Virus record (IMG/VR): IMGVR_UViG_3300031555_001586
Location: 25,746-89,745 of that record
Source of the DNA: a virus
Taxonomy: Duplodnaviria; Caudoviricetes
DNA length: 64,000 bases
Direction: 5' to 3' (one strand)
Numbering within the stretch: position 1 is the first letter of the stretch; every line of letters starts with the position of its first letter. The notes beneath the pieces were generated by a model. The model had not been told where the DNA came from. It ran no database searches and was given only the letters and a program-made list of their open reading frames with translations. Both the position numbers and the translations under genes were made by a program. Below, in pieces: positions 26,663-37,200 of this stretch.

Positions 26663-27271
26663 ATGGAAAATAAAAAGAACGTAATGACTGGTATGTATAC
26701 ACATAAAACTGACGACAATGAAGTTTCTCATAATTTCAATTTTTATACAAATCTCTCTACCGCTTCTAAATTGAGATTTGTTAATAATGTTACAAAACTT
26801 TTGGTAGATACTGATAAAAAGAGATATGATTCTGTGTTAAGAAATTTGGTATTTGATTTTTTTATTGTTGAAGGGTTTACTTCTGTTAATGTAGATGAAA
26901 TTATCAAGTCCAACTTTTTTGTTAATGATGCTGAAAAATTCTTAGAGGAAACAAACATTGTGGATATTGTTAAGGCAAATATCGAAAATGGTGTGATTGA
27001 AGAGTTGAATCGTGCAGTAGATTTGAATATTCAATATATTACTGGCATCCATCCTAATCCTTTGAATGAAGCTCTGGCAAGACTGATTAATACTTTTGAA
27101 AAGAAAGTTAATGAAGTTGATTTGAGCAATATGTCTGCAATGTTAGAAGCTTTTAATAATATGTCTGGCGAGTTTACTCCTGAGAATGTTGTGAAGGCAT
27201 ATATGAATACTGATTTTGCTAAGAAGAATATGGCTGAGGTTATGGAGGCTAAAAATAAAAAGCAAGAATAA
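26663..27271 (+). CDS. 202-aa hypothetical protein
   Basis: ORF track; AAAGGTG RBS. Confidence 0.75.
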   Translation: MENKKNVMTGMYTHKTDDNEVSHNFNFYTNLSTASKLRFVNNVTKLLVDTDKKRYDSVLRNLVFDFFIVEGFTSVNVDEIIKSNFFVNDAEKFLEETNIVDIVKANIENGVIEELNRAVDLNIQYITGIHPNPLNEALARLINTFEKKVNEVDLSNMSAMLEAFNNMSGEFTPENVVKAYMNTDFAKKNMAEVMEAKNKKQE

Positions 27272-27303
27272 GATATAACTGATAGAGTTATAGGTGATTA
27301 AAA

Positions 27304-27729
27304 ATGAGAATAGAAAATATAGAGAAAAAACTATTGGCGGCATGTTTGGGCGCTATGGATGAAGTTGAGTATAAAGTACATAATGAGTTTTCTAAAAATT
27401 TAGATAATTTTTATGGAAGTTATACGCCAGCAGAATATATAAGAACTGGTGCTCTTCGTGGTTCATTGAATACCACTGGCGTAAAATCAACTGGAAATGG
27501 CGCTGAAGCGGAAGTGTATTTTACTACACCTAGTTATCAAACTGGCTGGGTTCCGTTACAAAGTGGTGATTACGGATGGGCTGAATGGAGTGGTCAGAAG
27601 GTTCTTGATAACGCTATGGATGGTAGTCATGGCGGTTGGGCACATTCTGCACCTATATGGTCAACAAGCATGAATAATCTTGGAGATTTAAAGGCATTAT
27701 TGTTGGCTGAAGCAAAGTTTCGTCTTTAA
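27304..27729 (+). CDS. 141-aa hypothetical protein (possible tail-completion family)
   Basis: ORF track; YxRTGxLRxS motif. Confidence 0.6.
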   Translation: MRIENIEKKLLAACLGAMDEVEYKVHNEFSKNLDNFYGSYTPAEYIRTGALRGSLNTTGVKSTGNGAEAEVYFTTPSYQTGWVPLQSGDYGWAEWSGQKVLDNAMDGSHGGWAHSAPIWSTSMNNLGDLKALLLAEAKFRL

Positions 27730-27776
27730 TAGATGGCAATATGTTTATTTTATTTATTTAGGAAGGAGGATGATTT

Positions 27777-28811
27777 ATGGCAAAAAGTAGAAAAACATTT
27801 AGAAAAGTTATAACCTCAGAGTATTTGACGGCTCAAATTAATAAAGAAAACATTCGGCTTATGGAGAGATTCTTAAAAAATTTTGCCACAAAACGCTCTC
27901 CTAAATCGGTTGTTGTATATAGAAGCAATTTGACGATTTTTTTTACATGGAATTTGCTTGAAAATTCTAATAAACCATTTGCTAAAATTCGCAAGCTCGA
28001 AATGCTTGATTTCTTCGATTACGCTTTAAGTGAATTGAAATGGTCTCCAAACCGTTTCCACCAGTGTCATAGTTCGCTATCTAGTTTTTCAGATTGGGTT
28101 GAAAATTATTATGATGAAGTCGAGGGATATGAAAATTTCAGAAATATAGTTAAGAAAATTGAAAAGCCGTCAAAAGAAGCGGTTAGAGAAAAAACTGTTT
28201 TGAAAGAAGAGGACATTGACAAGATATTTGTAGTTCTTGAAGAAGAAAACAGAGTTCAAGAGCAATGTTTATTAGCTCTAGCCATCTCTTGTGGCGCAAG
28301 AGTTTCTGAATTGGCTCAGTTTACCACTTCCCTAATTGATGAGGATAATACTGTTTTTGAAGGATTGTTTTTGGAAACCACTGAAAAGATTCGCACGAAA
28401 GGTTCTGGAACTCAGGGAAAGATGCTTAAGAAATATATTTTAAAAGATATGTTTTTGCCATATTATCATAAGTGGTTAAAAGAAAGGGAAGAAATTATTA
28501 AAGAAACTGGTCAAGACCATGATTCTCTATTTATTACGAGAGATGGAAATCCAGCAACCGCAGATAGACTAAGAGATTGGATTGGTACTTGGGGCGACAT
28601 TGTTAATCAACCATCGTACCCTCATATGTATCGCCACTATCAAATAAGTTTGTTAAAGAGATTGGAAATTGACGATGATTTGATTGTGTATCTTACTGGT
28701 TGGGCAGAGGGCACTGGTCATACAATGATTTCAATTTACAACGACAATGATTTAACTGAGACGCAGTTTGCGTGTCTTAGCAATCTAAAAGATTTTTTAA
28801 AAAATAAATAA
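27777..28811 (+). CDS. Tyrosine recombinase/integrase-family protein within the tail operon (SPbeta YomM-like position)
   Basis: Catalytic set GARVSE (R), RTKG (K), PHMYRH (HxxR), TGW (W) and ISIY (Y). Confidence 0.88.
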   Translation: MAKSRKTFRKVITSEYLTAQINKENIRLMERFLKNFATKRSPKSVVVYRSNLTIFFTWNLLENSNKPFAKIRKLEMLDFFDYALSELKWSPNRFHQCHSSLSSFSDWVENYYDEVEGYENFRNIVKKIEKPSKEAVREKTVLKEEDIDKIFVVLEEENRVQEQCLLALAISCGARVSELAQFTTSLIDEDNTVFEGLFLETTEKIRTKGSGTQGKMLKKYILKDMFLPYYHKWLKEREEIIKETGQDHDSLFITRDGNPATADRLRDWIGTWGDIVNQPSYPHMYRHYQISLLKRLEIDDDLIVYLTGWAEGTGHTMISIYNDNDLTETQFACLSNLKDFLKNK

Positions 28812-28861
28812 TTTAAAAGGTTAATTTTAATACCTTATAACAAATAAAGTTATACAAAGAT

Positions 28862-28898
28862 AGGATTGGAGGATAACTACCTCCCTCCTGTCTTTTTT
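28862..28898 (+). terminator. Intrinsic terminator
   Basis: Imperfect GGAGG/CCTCC stem followed by a T-run. Confidence 0.6.
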
Positions 28899-28975
28899 AA
28901 ATTTTAAATTAGAATATTACAGCACCTTTGTGGTGCGTTTCATTATGCACCTATAAAGGAGTGTGAAATATATAT

Positions 28976-31900
28976 ATGGCAGATTATAATGTTAGTCTTG
29001 GAATCGATTTTGACGACGATAGGTTATCAAAGATAAAGAATACCTTAGAAGAAATCGAAGGTAAAAAATATAATATTAAATTTGATATCGATGATGATGT
29101 TGATAATAAGATTGACAAGATTAAGTCTGGATTAAAAGAGTTAAATAAAAGCAATAAAGGTTCTATTGCTACAGAGTCTTTAGAAAAGTCTCTTACCGAA
29201 GTATCTCGTTTAATTGCAAATATTAGTCGTTCTATCGGTACGCTTAATACCAAAAAGGGAACGTCTATTGTTACTACCGTTAATCATGTTAACACTGCAT
29301 TACAAAAGGCTTCAAAGCAGTTTGAACAAATAAACAAAACTATGTCCTCCTTTGCTGGAAAGGATTTTGTTATAAATTTTGACCTTAAAATGGGAAATGC
29401 TAATCCAGTAAAGGCAATGACCGATTATGGTAGAGTGGCAAGAGAAAGCGCTATACCAGACTTAGAAAAACAAGTTGTATATTTAAAAAAATTATTGGGC
29501 AATACGCAACAAGCTGAAAAGGCAATAAATAGTTACTTTTCTGCATATCATGGAGGATTCGAAGGATTAACTAAGAAGAATATTCTTTTGGATAGAATGA
29601 AGGGTCTTTCTGCTGATGGCGGAAAAGCAAGTATAGCCGACCAGATGAGCGCATATAAGCAGTTCGTTGGTTATTTAAAAGAGATAGCTCAGATGAGAGG
29701 CATTAATTTAGATGGCTTCGACATTCAATTTCCAAAGACTGCTGATGAAATAATTGATGAGACTGTTAAAATTCAAAGTGGTGTTGACCAAACAGAAAAA
29801 CAGTTTGAAAGATTAAAGCAAATTTTTGGTGGAAGCGGTGTTGATGCTGAAAAACTTTCTGCGCAACTTCAGCCAATTATTGATGATTTAGGCCAGATAA
29901 GAACTGCTCTTGTTGGCCTACCAGATGATGCTGCTGGCGGTCTGGTTAATGGTTTAACTCAGAATTTCAATAAGCTGTCTGACGCATTGGATAAGTTTGT
30001 TTCCAATATTGATATTGTTAAGACTGCGCTTAATAGCGGTAATCTAGCTGGTGCTGACAGCGATGTAGCTGATATCGAAAGACAAGTGGAAAAATCTATC
30101 GAGAAGAAAAAGCAGGAAGCTAAACAGGCGCAGAAAACTGCTGATATTGTCGAACAAAGCGAAAAGCAGATACAACAAGCAAAGAAAAAGACAGATAGCG
30201 TTCATACTTTTGATATTGCCAGATTAGACAAGCAGAATACACTAGAAAGCCATTTAGAAAAACTTCATTTTGATGATGCAGCTATAGAAAAAGTAACAAG
30301 CGACCTCAAAGAAATGAATGTCGTTGCAAAAAGTATAACCACTACTTTTGAAGATGGAAAACTTGTTAAGCTTGACATAGATGGAGTCCAAAAGACGGCA
30401 GATGGTCTTGAAAGAATCGTCAAAGTAACAAGAACACTTGAAGGCGCAACTGTAGATACTGATATAACCAAGGTTAAAACTTCTCTCGAAGAATCTGATA
30501 GGTTTATTAAGCAAAGAAAAAAGGCTGTTGCAGATTTATCTAATCAAATTAAACAAGTAAATCGTTCGGCAATAGACCCAAATGCGGAAAGGTCAATTAA
30601 AGACAAATCTCATTTAGCTTCCTTAGAAACCGAATATAATAAAATCACTGCTGCTATTCAAAGAATGCAGACTGCTTCAAGCGGCACTTTCGATGACGAG
30701 CAAATAAATGTTAAAAATTTAATATCTGATTTTAAGAGTCTTGTAAGAGAATATAAAAATGCTGAGAATATTGCCTTAAAAAATAAAGGTGTGGATATTG
30801 ACTCTGGCTTGGCTATAGCAAAGAATAACTTGGATAAATTGAAGTCTGATGCAAAAGGTTATTCTCAAATTGCAGAAACTATAGAAAAGTTAGATGAAGC
30901 TATTACTGGGGTTGGAGATAAATCTTCTCTTGATAAATTTAATAATCAATTAAGAGTAGCTAGGTCTGAATTAGACAAAATTAAATCCGAGGAAAGAGCT
31001 TCAAACAGAGTTCAATCAGATTTGAGTAAAGATGCAAGAGACCTTGCTGCTCAACAGAAAAAAATTAGTGATTTAAGACTTGAGATTGAAAAGCTTCAAG
31101 ATGCTGGTGGCAAATCTAATCAAATTGAAGTTTTAACTAAACAGCTAAATGAATATGAAGATGCCTATAATCGTGCTATGGGTTCTTTCATGAAAAAATT
31201 ATCAGCAAATGCTGGTGATGCTCCTTTAGGAATTACCTCAAAGATTGAAGCCGAGATAGAGAAAGGCGAGGCCGCTCTCGAAAAATATAGAGCACTTGGG
31301 AAAGATATACAAGCTTTAAAGATTAGAGATATTGAACTCAAGTTGGATAGCACTGGCGCAAATAGCTTCCATTCTCAAGTAGAGCAAATGCATAAAGATG
31401 CAGAAAAATTAAACTCTGCTTCTGTCGATTTGGGAACGGCGCTAGACAAGCTTGACAATGCTTATGAAGAACTGCGTAATGCTCGTGGTGATACTAGTGA
31501 CGATGGAGCAGAACGTTTAATTGTCGCAGAAGAAAAATATCAGAGAGCACTAGAAGAAACTGCAAATCAGTTAAAAGAAAATCAAAGAATTGAAAAGAAT
31601 GCATTTGGTGAAAAAAGCCTAAACCTTGATAAAGCAAAAGCTCAATTAAGACTAGATGGTATATTTGAAGAAAATTCTGCCGCTGCAAAAGTATTTGGAG
31701 AAAGACTAGATGAATTAAAGAGTAAGTTAAATAGTATTAAAAATGATGGTGATTTAAAATTATTTAACAAAGAAATTGACATTTTAGAAAAAGATGTAAA
31801 AAATTCTGGTCTCTCTACTCAGACTTTTGGCAGTAAGTTTAAAGAACAATTTCAGAAATATTCTCAATATTTTTCTGTTGCAGAAGTCTTCATGTATGTT

Positions 31901-32398
31901 GAAGAGGGCTTAAGAGATATGTTTGAGCAGGTCAAACTAATTGACTCTGCTATGACGGAACTTAAAAAAGTTACTAATGAGTCTGATGCGGCTTATAACC
32001 AGTTCTTAAGCAATGCTGCATCAAGGTCTAAAGAGATTGGTACTACTATTGACGGTCTTGTAAATTCTACTGCTGATTTTGCAAGGCTTGGCTATGATTT
32101 TGTTGATTCTCAAGGACTTGCTGAAGTAGCAAATATTTATGCAGTTGTTGGCGATGAAGTTGAGGGCGTTGAAGGCGCTACAGAGAGCTTAATTTCTACA
32201 ATGGCTGCATTTAAGGGCGAAATGGATGGCATGAGCAACAGCGATTTCGCCATGAATATAATTGACAAATTTAATGAGATAGGTAACAACTTTGCTATCT
32301 CATCGGGCGGCATTGGTGAAGCATTAGAGAGAAGTGCTTCTTCTATGTATGCTGCAAATAATACTTTGGATGAAAGTATTGCCTTAATCACGGCAGCT
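28976..32398 (+). CDS. Tape measure protein, exon 1 (1141 codons)
   Basis: Coiled-coil N-terminal part followed by the TP901-type TMP core (IDSAMTELKKVT...STADFARLG...GNNFAISSGGIGEAL...ESIALITAA). Confidence 0.9.
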
Positions 32399-32834
32399 AT
32401 GTAAAATTGGCTGTTCATATAGCAATATATGATTTGAATACATTTAATTGCTGGGAACTTCTTAGAGCTTTACACCACAATAACGGAGAAATCACGTTAT
32501 GAAGGTTTGACAACGTAAAGATTGGATAATCAGCAGCGAAGTACCCTAACGTATTCCGTAGACCATACGGTGTTTAGTCGAGGGTAAACGTTCAACGACC
32601 ATTCCCAAGTCGGGGTTTAGAAATACCAACAATGTTGGTTATAAAATAAAGGTGGAAATCCTGAATATCTAAACCATTAGAAGTAGGGCGCAATTGCAAA
32701 GGTGCAGGTGAGAATCCTTTAAATCGAAATAGTGTACTCCTTATTTTTCGAGGATGAAGATATGGTCTTTTCAATATAGAAATATGTTGGTGTGTTTTAT
32801 GATAAAAATATATTTGTAAATAGTCAGAAAATTC

Positions 32835-32863
32835 TTGACTTATAACAAATAATGTTATATAAT
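32835..32863 (+). promoter_or_regulatory. sigma70/sigmaA promoter inside the intron
   Basis: TTGACT-17-TATAAT; the -10 overlaps the inverted repeat GTTATATAAT...ATTATATAAC. Confidence 0.75.
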
Positions 32864-32897
32864 ATAAATAAAATTATATAACTTGTAGGTGAAAACA

Positions 32898-33065
32898 ATG
32901 AAAAGATACGATAAAGAATATTCTACGCAACATACGCCAGAAAAAGAGTATTTGTTGCAAAATGGAATTAAGCCATCATTTGTAAAAATTATTGATGGTA
33001 TTACAACTTATAAATATACAAAGACGGCGACATTATTTAAATTGTTGTCTGTTTTTTATGATTGA
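32898..33065 (+). CDS. 55-aa intron-encoded small protein (DUF5659-like)
   Basis: Manual translation: MKRYDKEYSTQHTPEKEYLLQNGIKPSFVKIIDGITTYKYTKTATLFKLLSVFYD. AGGTG RBS. Confidence 0.7.
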   Translation: MKRYDKEYSTQHTPEKEYLLQNGIKPSFVKIIDGITTYKYTKTATLFKLLSVFYD

Positions 33066-33093
33066 AATAAAATGATAATATACGGGTGATAAT

Positions 33094-34248
33094 ATGGCTA
33101 AGAAAATTCATATATGTGTAAATTGTGGAGAAAAATTTGAAAGTTATGCAGATAATACAAAATTTTGCAGTAGAAAATGTTATGAAGAAAATAGACAATC
33201 AAATAGAAAAACGAAAAGGGTTGTTTGTCCTATTTGCAATGAAGAATTTCTTCAGATTCGTCCAGAACAAATATTTTGTAGTAATAAATGCAAGGTCAAA
33301 TCAAGAGAAGATAAAATAAAGTGTGTTTGTGAGCATTGCGGTGTTTCATTTGAAAGAAAACGAAGTGAAGTTGATAAAAATCAAAGACATTATTGCTCTA
33401 ACGAATGTAAGATAAATGGGATGTTTTGGAGCGAAGAAGATACGAATATTTTAATTTCTAATTACAAGAAATTGTCTTATAGAGAAATGAGTGAAAATGA
33501 TATTTTTTCTGTTCATAAAACGATTGATGAAATTAAAAGAAGAGCTATTTATATTGGCATTACTTCTTCAAGAGATTGGTCTGATGAAGAGATTGACGTA
33601 TTAAAGAATAATTATTCGAAAGTTTCTATGAATGAAATATTAAATATGCTGCCAAACAGAACAAGACCGTCTATATTGGGCAAGGCCCGCAGTTATGAGC
33701 TAAAGAGCAAATTTTATCTTACTCATATGTATTCAAATGAAGAAAATGAATACATAAAAAATAATTATTTGCTTAAATCGAACGAAGAGATGGGAAAAGA
33801 ATTAAATAGAAGTGTTCAAGGTATTGCCGAACATTTGTTAGTTCTTGATTTGCATAGACCAACTGAAATAGATAATTATAAAACACTGAAAAAGTATGTT
33901 AGATGTAGATTGACTACTTGGAGAGATAATATAAGAGAATTAAATAATTATACTTGTCAGTTGACTGGCATAAGAACGAATATTGTAGTTCATCATATTC
34001 GTAGTTTTAATTTACTTTTTCTTGAAACAATTAAGGCATTAAACTTCCCAATTTACGATGATATATCTAATTATAATCAAGAACAATTGGATGAATTTCT
34101 AAATATGTTTTTAGAGATTCAGGAAAACTATAATAGTTATATTTGCATTAATGAAGATATACATAAAAGGTTTCATAAGGAATATGGCTATGGAGATAAC
34201 ACAGAAGAACAATGGGATGAATTTATAAATAAATATTATAAGAAATAA
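33094..34248 (+). CDS. Intron-encoded HNH homing endonuclease with Zn-finger and Myb/SANT-like repeats
   Basis: Three CxxC...(F/Y)CSxxC repeats, WSxEE/D...LxxNY repeats, and a C-terminal CQLTG...VVHH...HKRFH. Confidence 0.8.
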   Translation: MAKKIHICVNCGEKFESYADNTKFCSRKCYEENRQSNRKTKRVVCPICNEEFLQIRPEQIFCSNKCKVKSREDKIKCVCEHCGVSFERKRSEVDKNQRHYCSNECKINGMFWSEEDTNILISNYKKLSYREMSENDIFSVHKTIDEIKRRAIYIGITSSRDWSDEEIDVLKNNYSKVSMNEILNMLPNRTRPSILGKARSYELKSKFYLTHMYSNEENEYIKNNYLLKSNEEMGKELNRSVQGIAEHLLVLDLHRPTEIDNYKTLKKYVRCRLTTWRDNIRELNNYTCQLTGIRTNIVVHHIRSFNLLFLETIKALNFPIYDDISNYNQEQLDEFLNMFLEIQENYNSYICINEDIHKRFHKEYGYGDNTEEQWDEFINKYYKK

Positions 34249-34297
34249 AGTTATAATACACACAACAAGAAGTTGCGATTCTTGTTAAAAACAAAAG

Positions 34298-37200
34298 AAT
34301 ACGGTTGTGCAAGACCCCGATACTGTAGGTACTGCCTTCAAGACCATAAGCATGAGAATTCGTGGTGCAAAAACTGAACTCGAAGAAGCAGGTCTTGAAA
34401 CAGATGGTATGGTAGATTCCACTGCCAAATTACGTGAAGAAATCCTCGCTCTTTCTGGCGTGGACATCATGGAAAATGATAATCAATTTAAATCAACATA
34501 TGATATTTTAGATGAACTTGCTGCTAAGTGGGAACATCTTAGCGACATCCAACAGGCCACTGTTACAGAACTTATAGCAGGAAAGCGTCAAGGCAACATT
34601 ATTTCCAGCTTAATGACTAACTTTGATACCGCTCGTGAAGCACTCGAAGTTTCAATGAACTCTGAAGGCTCAGCCATGGAAGAACATGCTAAGTGGAGCG
34701 AGTCTTTAGAGGCCAAACTTTTAAAACTTAAATCTACATGGCAGTCTTTATCTCAGTCCTTTATGAGTTCTGGATTCTTAAAGGGCGGTGTTAGTGCTCT
34801 TACTGGCTTTGTAGATGTAATAGATACTTTAATAAGTAAATTAGGTGTAATACCTACTCTTTTGACAGGCTTATCCGCATTTCAATCGTTTAAAGGCAAT
34901 GGTTTCTTTAAAGTAATTGAAGATGAGGCTGCTGCAAGCGGCAAAAGAATAGGGACAATATTCAGCACATCTCTTTCTAGCGTAACTAAGCAGTTTAACA
35001 ATATGGGCATTGGAACTAATGCAGAGTTTAGGAATTTATTAGATTCAGACATCAATATTTTAAATAATTGGATGGATGAATTAAGCAAAGGCCCTCCTGT
35101 TGCCGATGCCTTTGATAATATATTTAAAAATGCCAGTAATAGCGCTAAAGAGTTTGCACAAAGCGGCAAACTTGCCTCAGAGGGCGTTGAAGGATTTGTT
35201 AAACAGCAGAAGACTGCTCAAGTCGCTATAGTAGCGCAGAATAATAATCTTTCTTCTGCAAAAGCCATTATGAAAGAATATAACAGTGGTTGTAAAAATA
35301 CCGCAATGTCTCAAGAGGATTTTATATCTGCTGTTAGTTCTGGTAATACTGGTCTTTCCAAATATCTATCTGGATTAAATGGCGCAAAAGCATCAACTAG
35401 TGGATATATTGCATCACTAGTTGGTGCTAAAATTGCTACGATTGCTTTGGAAGCCGCTACAATGGCATTAAATGCTGCTCTTACGATGGGCATTTCTCTT
35501 GCAATTTCTGCCGCAATTAAAGCATTCGACGAATGGTATGTCTCTGCCAGTGAATTGGCAGAAAAAGTAGACGAGGTTACAACTAAATACCAAGAGCAAC
35601 ATGGCGAGTTAACAAAGCTCAAAGGCGATTATGACACTACAAATGAAGATTCCATGATTTCCAAATATGGGGAACTTTCTAAGGGTGTTGATGCTTTTGG
35701 TAAAAACATTTCCTTAACTGCTGATGAGTATGCTGAATATCAGAGTATTGTTGAAACAATAGCTGGTCAAATTCCATCTCTTGTTTCTGGATATGATTCT
35801 CAAGGCAATGCTATTCTTAGCTGTGCTGGTAATGTACAACAACTTACTGCTGAATATGAAAAATTAATTAAAGCTCAAAATGATGAAATCTTAATAGGCT
35901 CATCTGGTGATATTAATAAGGATTTTCAAAATGCAGTAAAAGATGCCGAACATGATACTGCTGGTTTCTTTGGTTGGAATTGGACTAAGGAACTTGGTTT
36001 GGGCGATTCTAAATTATCAACTCAGTCGGCGGAAATTTATGAAAATATTTTAAATAGTGCAGATGCAGTCAAAGAGTTTAATAAAGCAATCAATACTGAG
36101 GGAAATGATTTAGAATCATTCTTAGATAATTCAGATGTGGATGCCATGTCTGAATTATTAGAATCTGCCGGTTTTAAAAAAGAAGGAAGTTTTTGGAGCG
36201 GAAAAGAATCAAATGCGGAGCACATTAGAAGAGCGCTTGAGGAAGATGCGTCTAAGGTAAAAAATATTATAGACCAGTATTATGCAGGTTTGGAAGAAGA
36301 AGTAGAAGGTAAAAAATCTCAAGCCCAAGCTGCTTTAAGTAATGCTTTTGACCTTAGTGATTCTCAATATTATGGAATGAGCGATACTTTGAAGAATATT
36401 GCTCAACAAACTGCCAGTGGATTTGATTTTGAATTCTTTGCAGACCTTGAAGAACAAGGGATTAGCGTTGAAAAATATGTAAACAATATGCTTGACCAAC
36501 TTCAAGCTCTTAGTGACAATCAAGAAACTAAACTTGAGGCCGCTTTTAATCTTAGAACGCAATTTAACGATGATGAAATTTCTTACGGTGAATATGTTAG
36601 TGGCCTTGAAGATGCCGCTAGTATGGTTGATAAATTAAATTTACAACCAGAAGTTAAAAGTCAAATTAAATTAAGTCTTGGTTTAAATGAGGAAGGTTTA
36701 GTTGAAGAATATGAAAATCTCGCATCTCGTCTATCTGAAACAGAAACTGCTACTGGTAATGTTATAGGTTTTAGTAGTAAAGAAGTTGCAAAAGATTTTC
36801 TTGATGGGTTATCTTCTGATGAAGCTTCTGTTACATGGGATATCGTTACTGACCCGAACTTTGTCATACCAGAAGGTGCTACTGACGAAGTAAAGCAAGA
36901 GATACTTCAGCAAGCTATCGACCTTGAAATGATGCTTCAGGGTTTAAACTTTGACTTAAATCTTGAAGTTGAGGCCGCTGGTATCGAAGCCCTTAATACT
37001 GCTTTGTCAGAATCTGTAACAGCTACTGGTTTGTCTTCTGAATCTATTTCTGCACTGAGGTCTCGGTATGCTGGACTTGAGAATCAAGGTTTTGACCTCT
37101 CTTCTATGTTTGAAGAAACTTCTCATGGCATACGCATTAACAGACAAGAGTTTAAGAGATTTGAAAATGAACTTGCTTCTCAAAAAATAGCCGAAGTTGA

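Larger units (their letters stand above)
32399..34297 (+). mobile_element. Group I self-splicing intron (about 1899 nt, IA2-like) in the tape measure gene
   Basis: The 5' exon ends in U and pairs with the IGS (GGCAGCT/GGCTGTT, U.G at the splice site). Core elements: P AATTGCTGGGAA, Q AATCAGCAG, R GTTCAACGACCAT, S AAGATATGGTCT. Terminal G at 34297. Splicing restores the in-frame sequence LITAA-NTVVQDPDTVGTAFK. Confidence 0.92.

Noticed and set aside
27777-28975. attP/attL site next to the recombinase, or a tRNA 3'-end duplication
   Set aside because: No repeated tRNA fragment or host-gene boundary is visible in the window.
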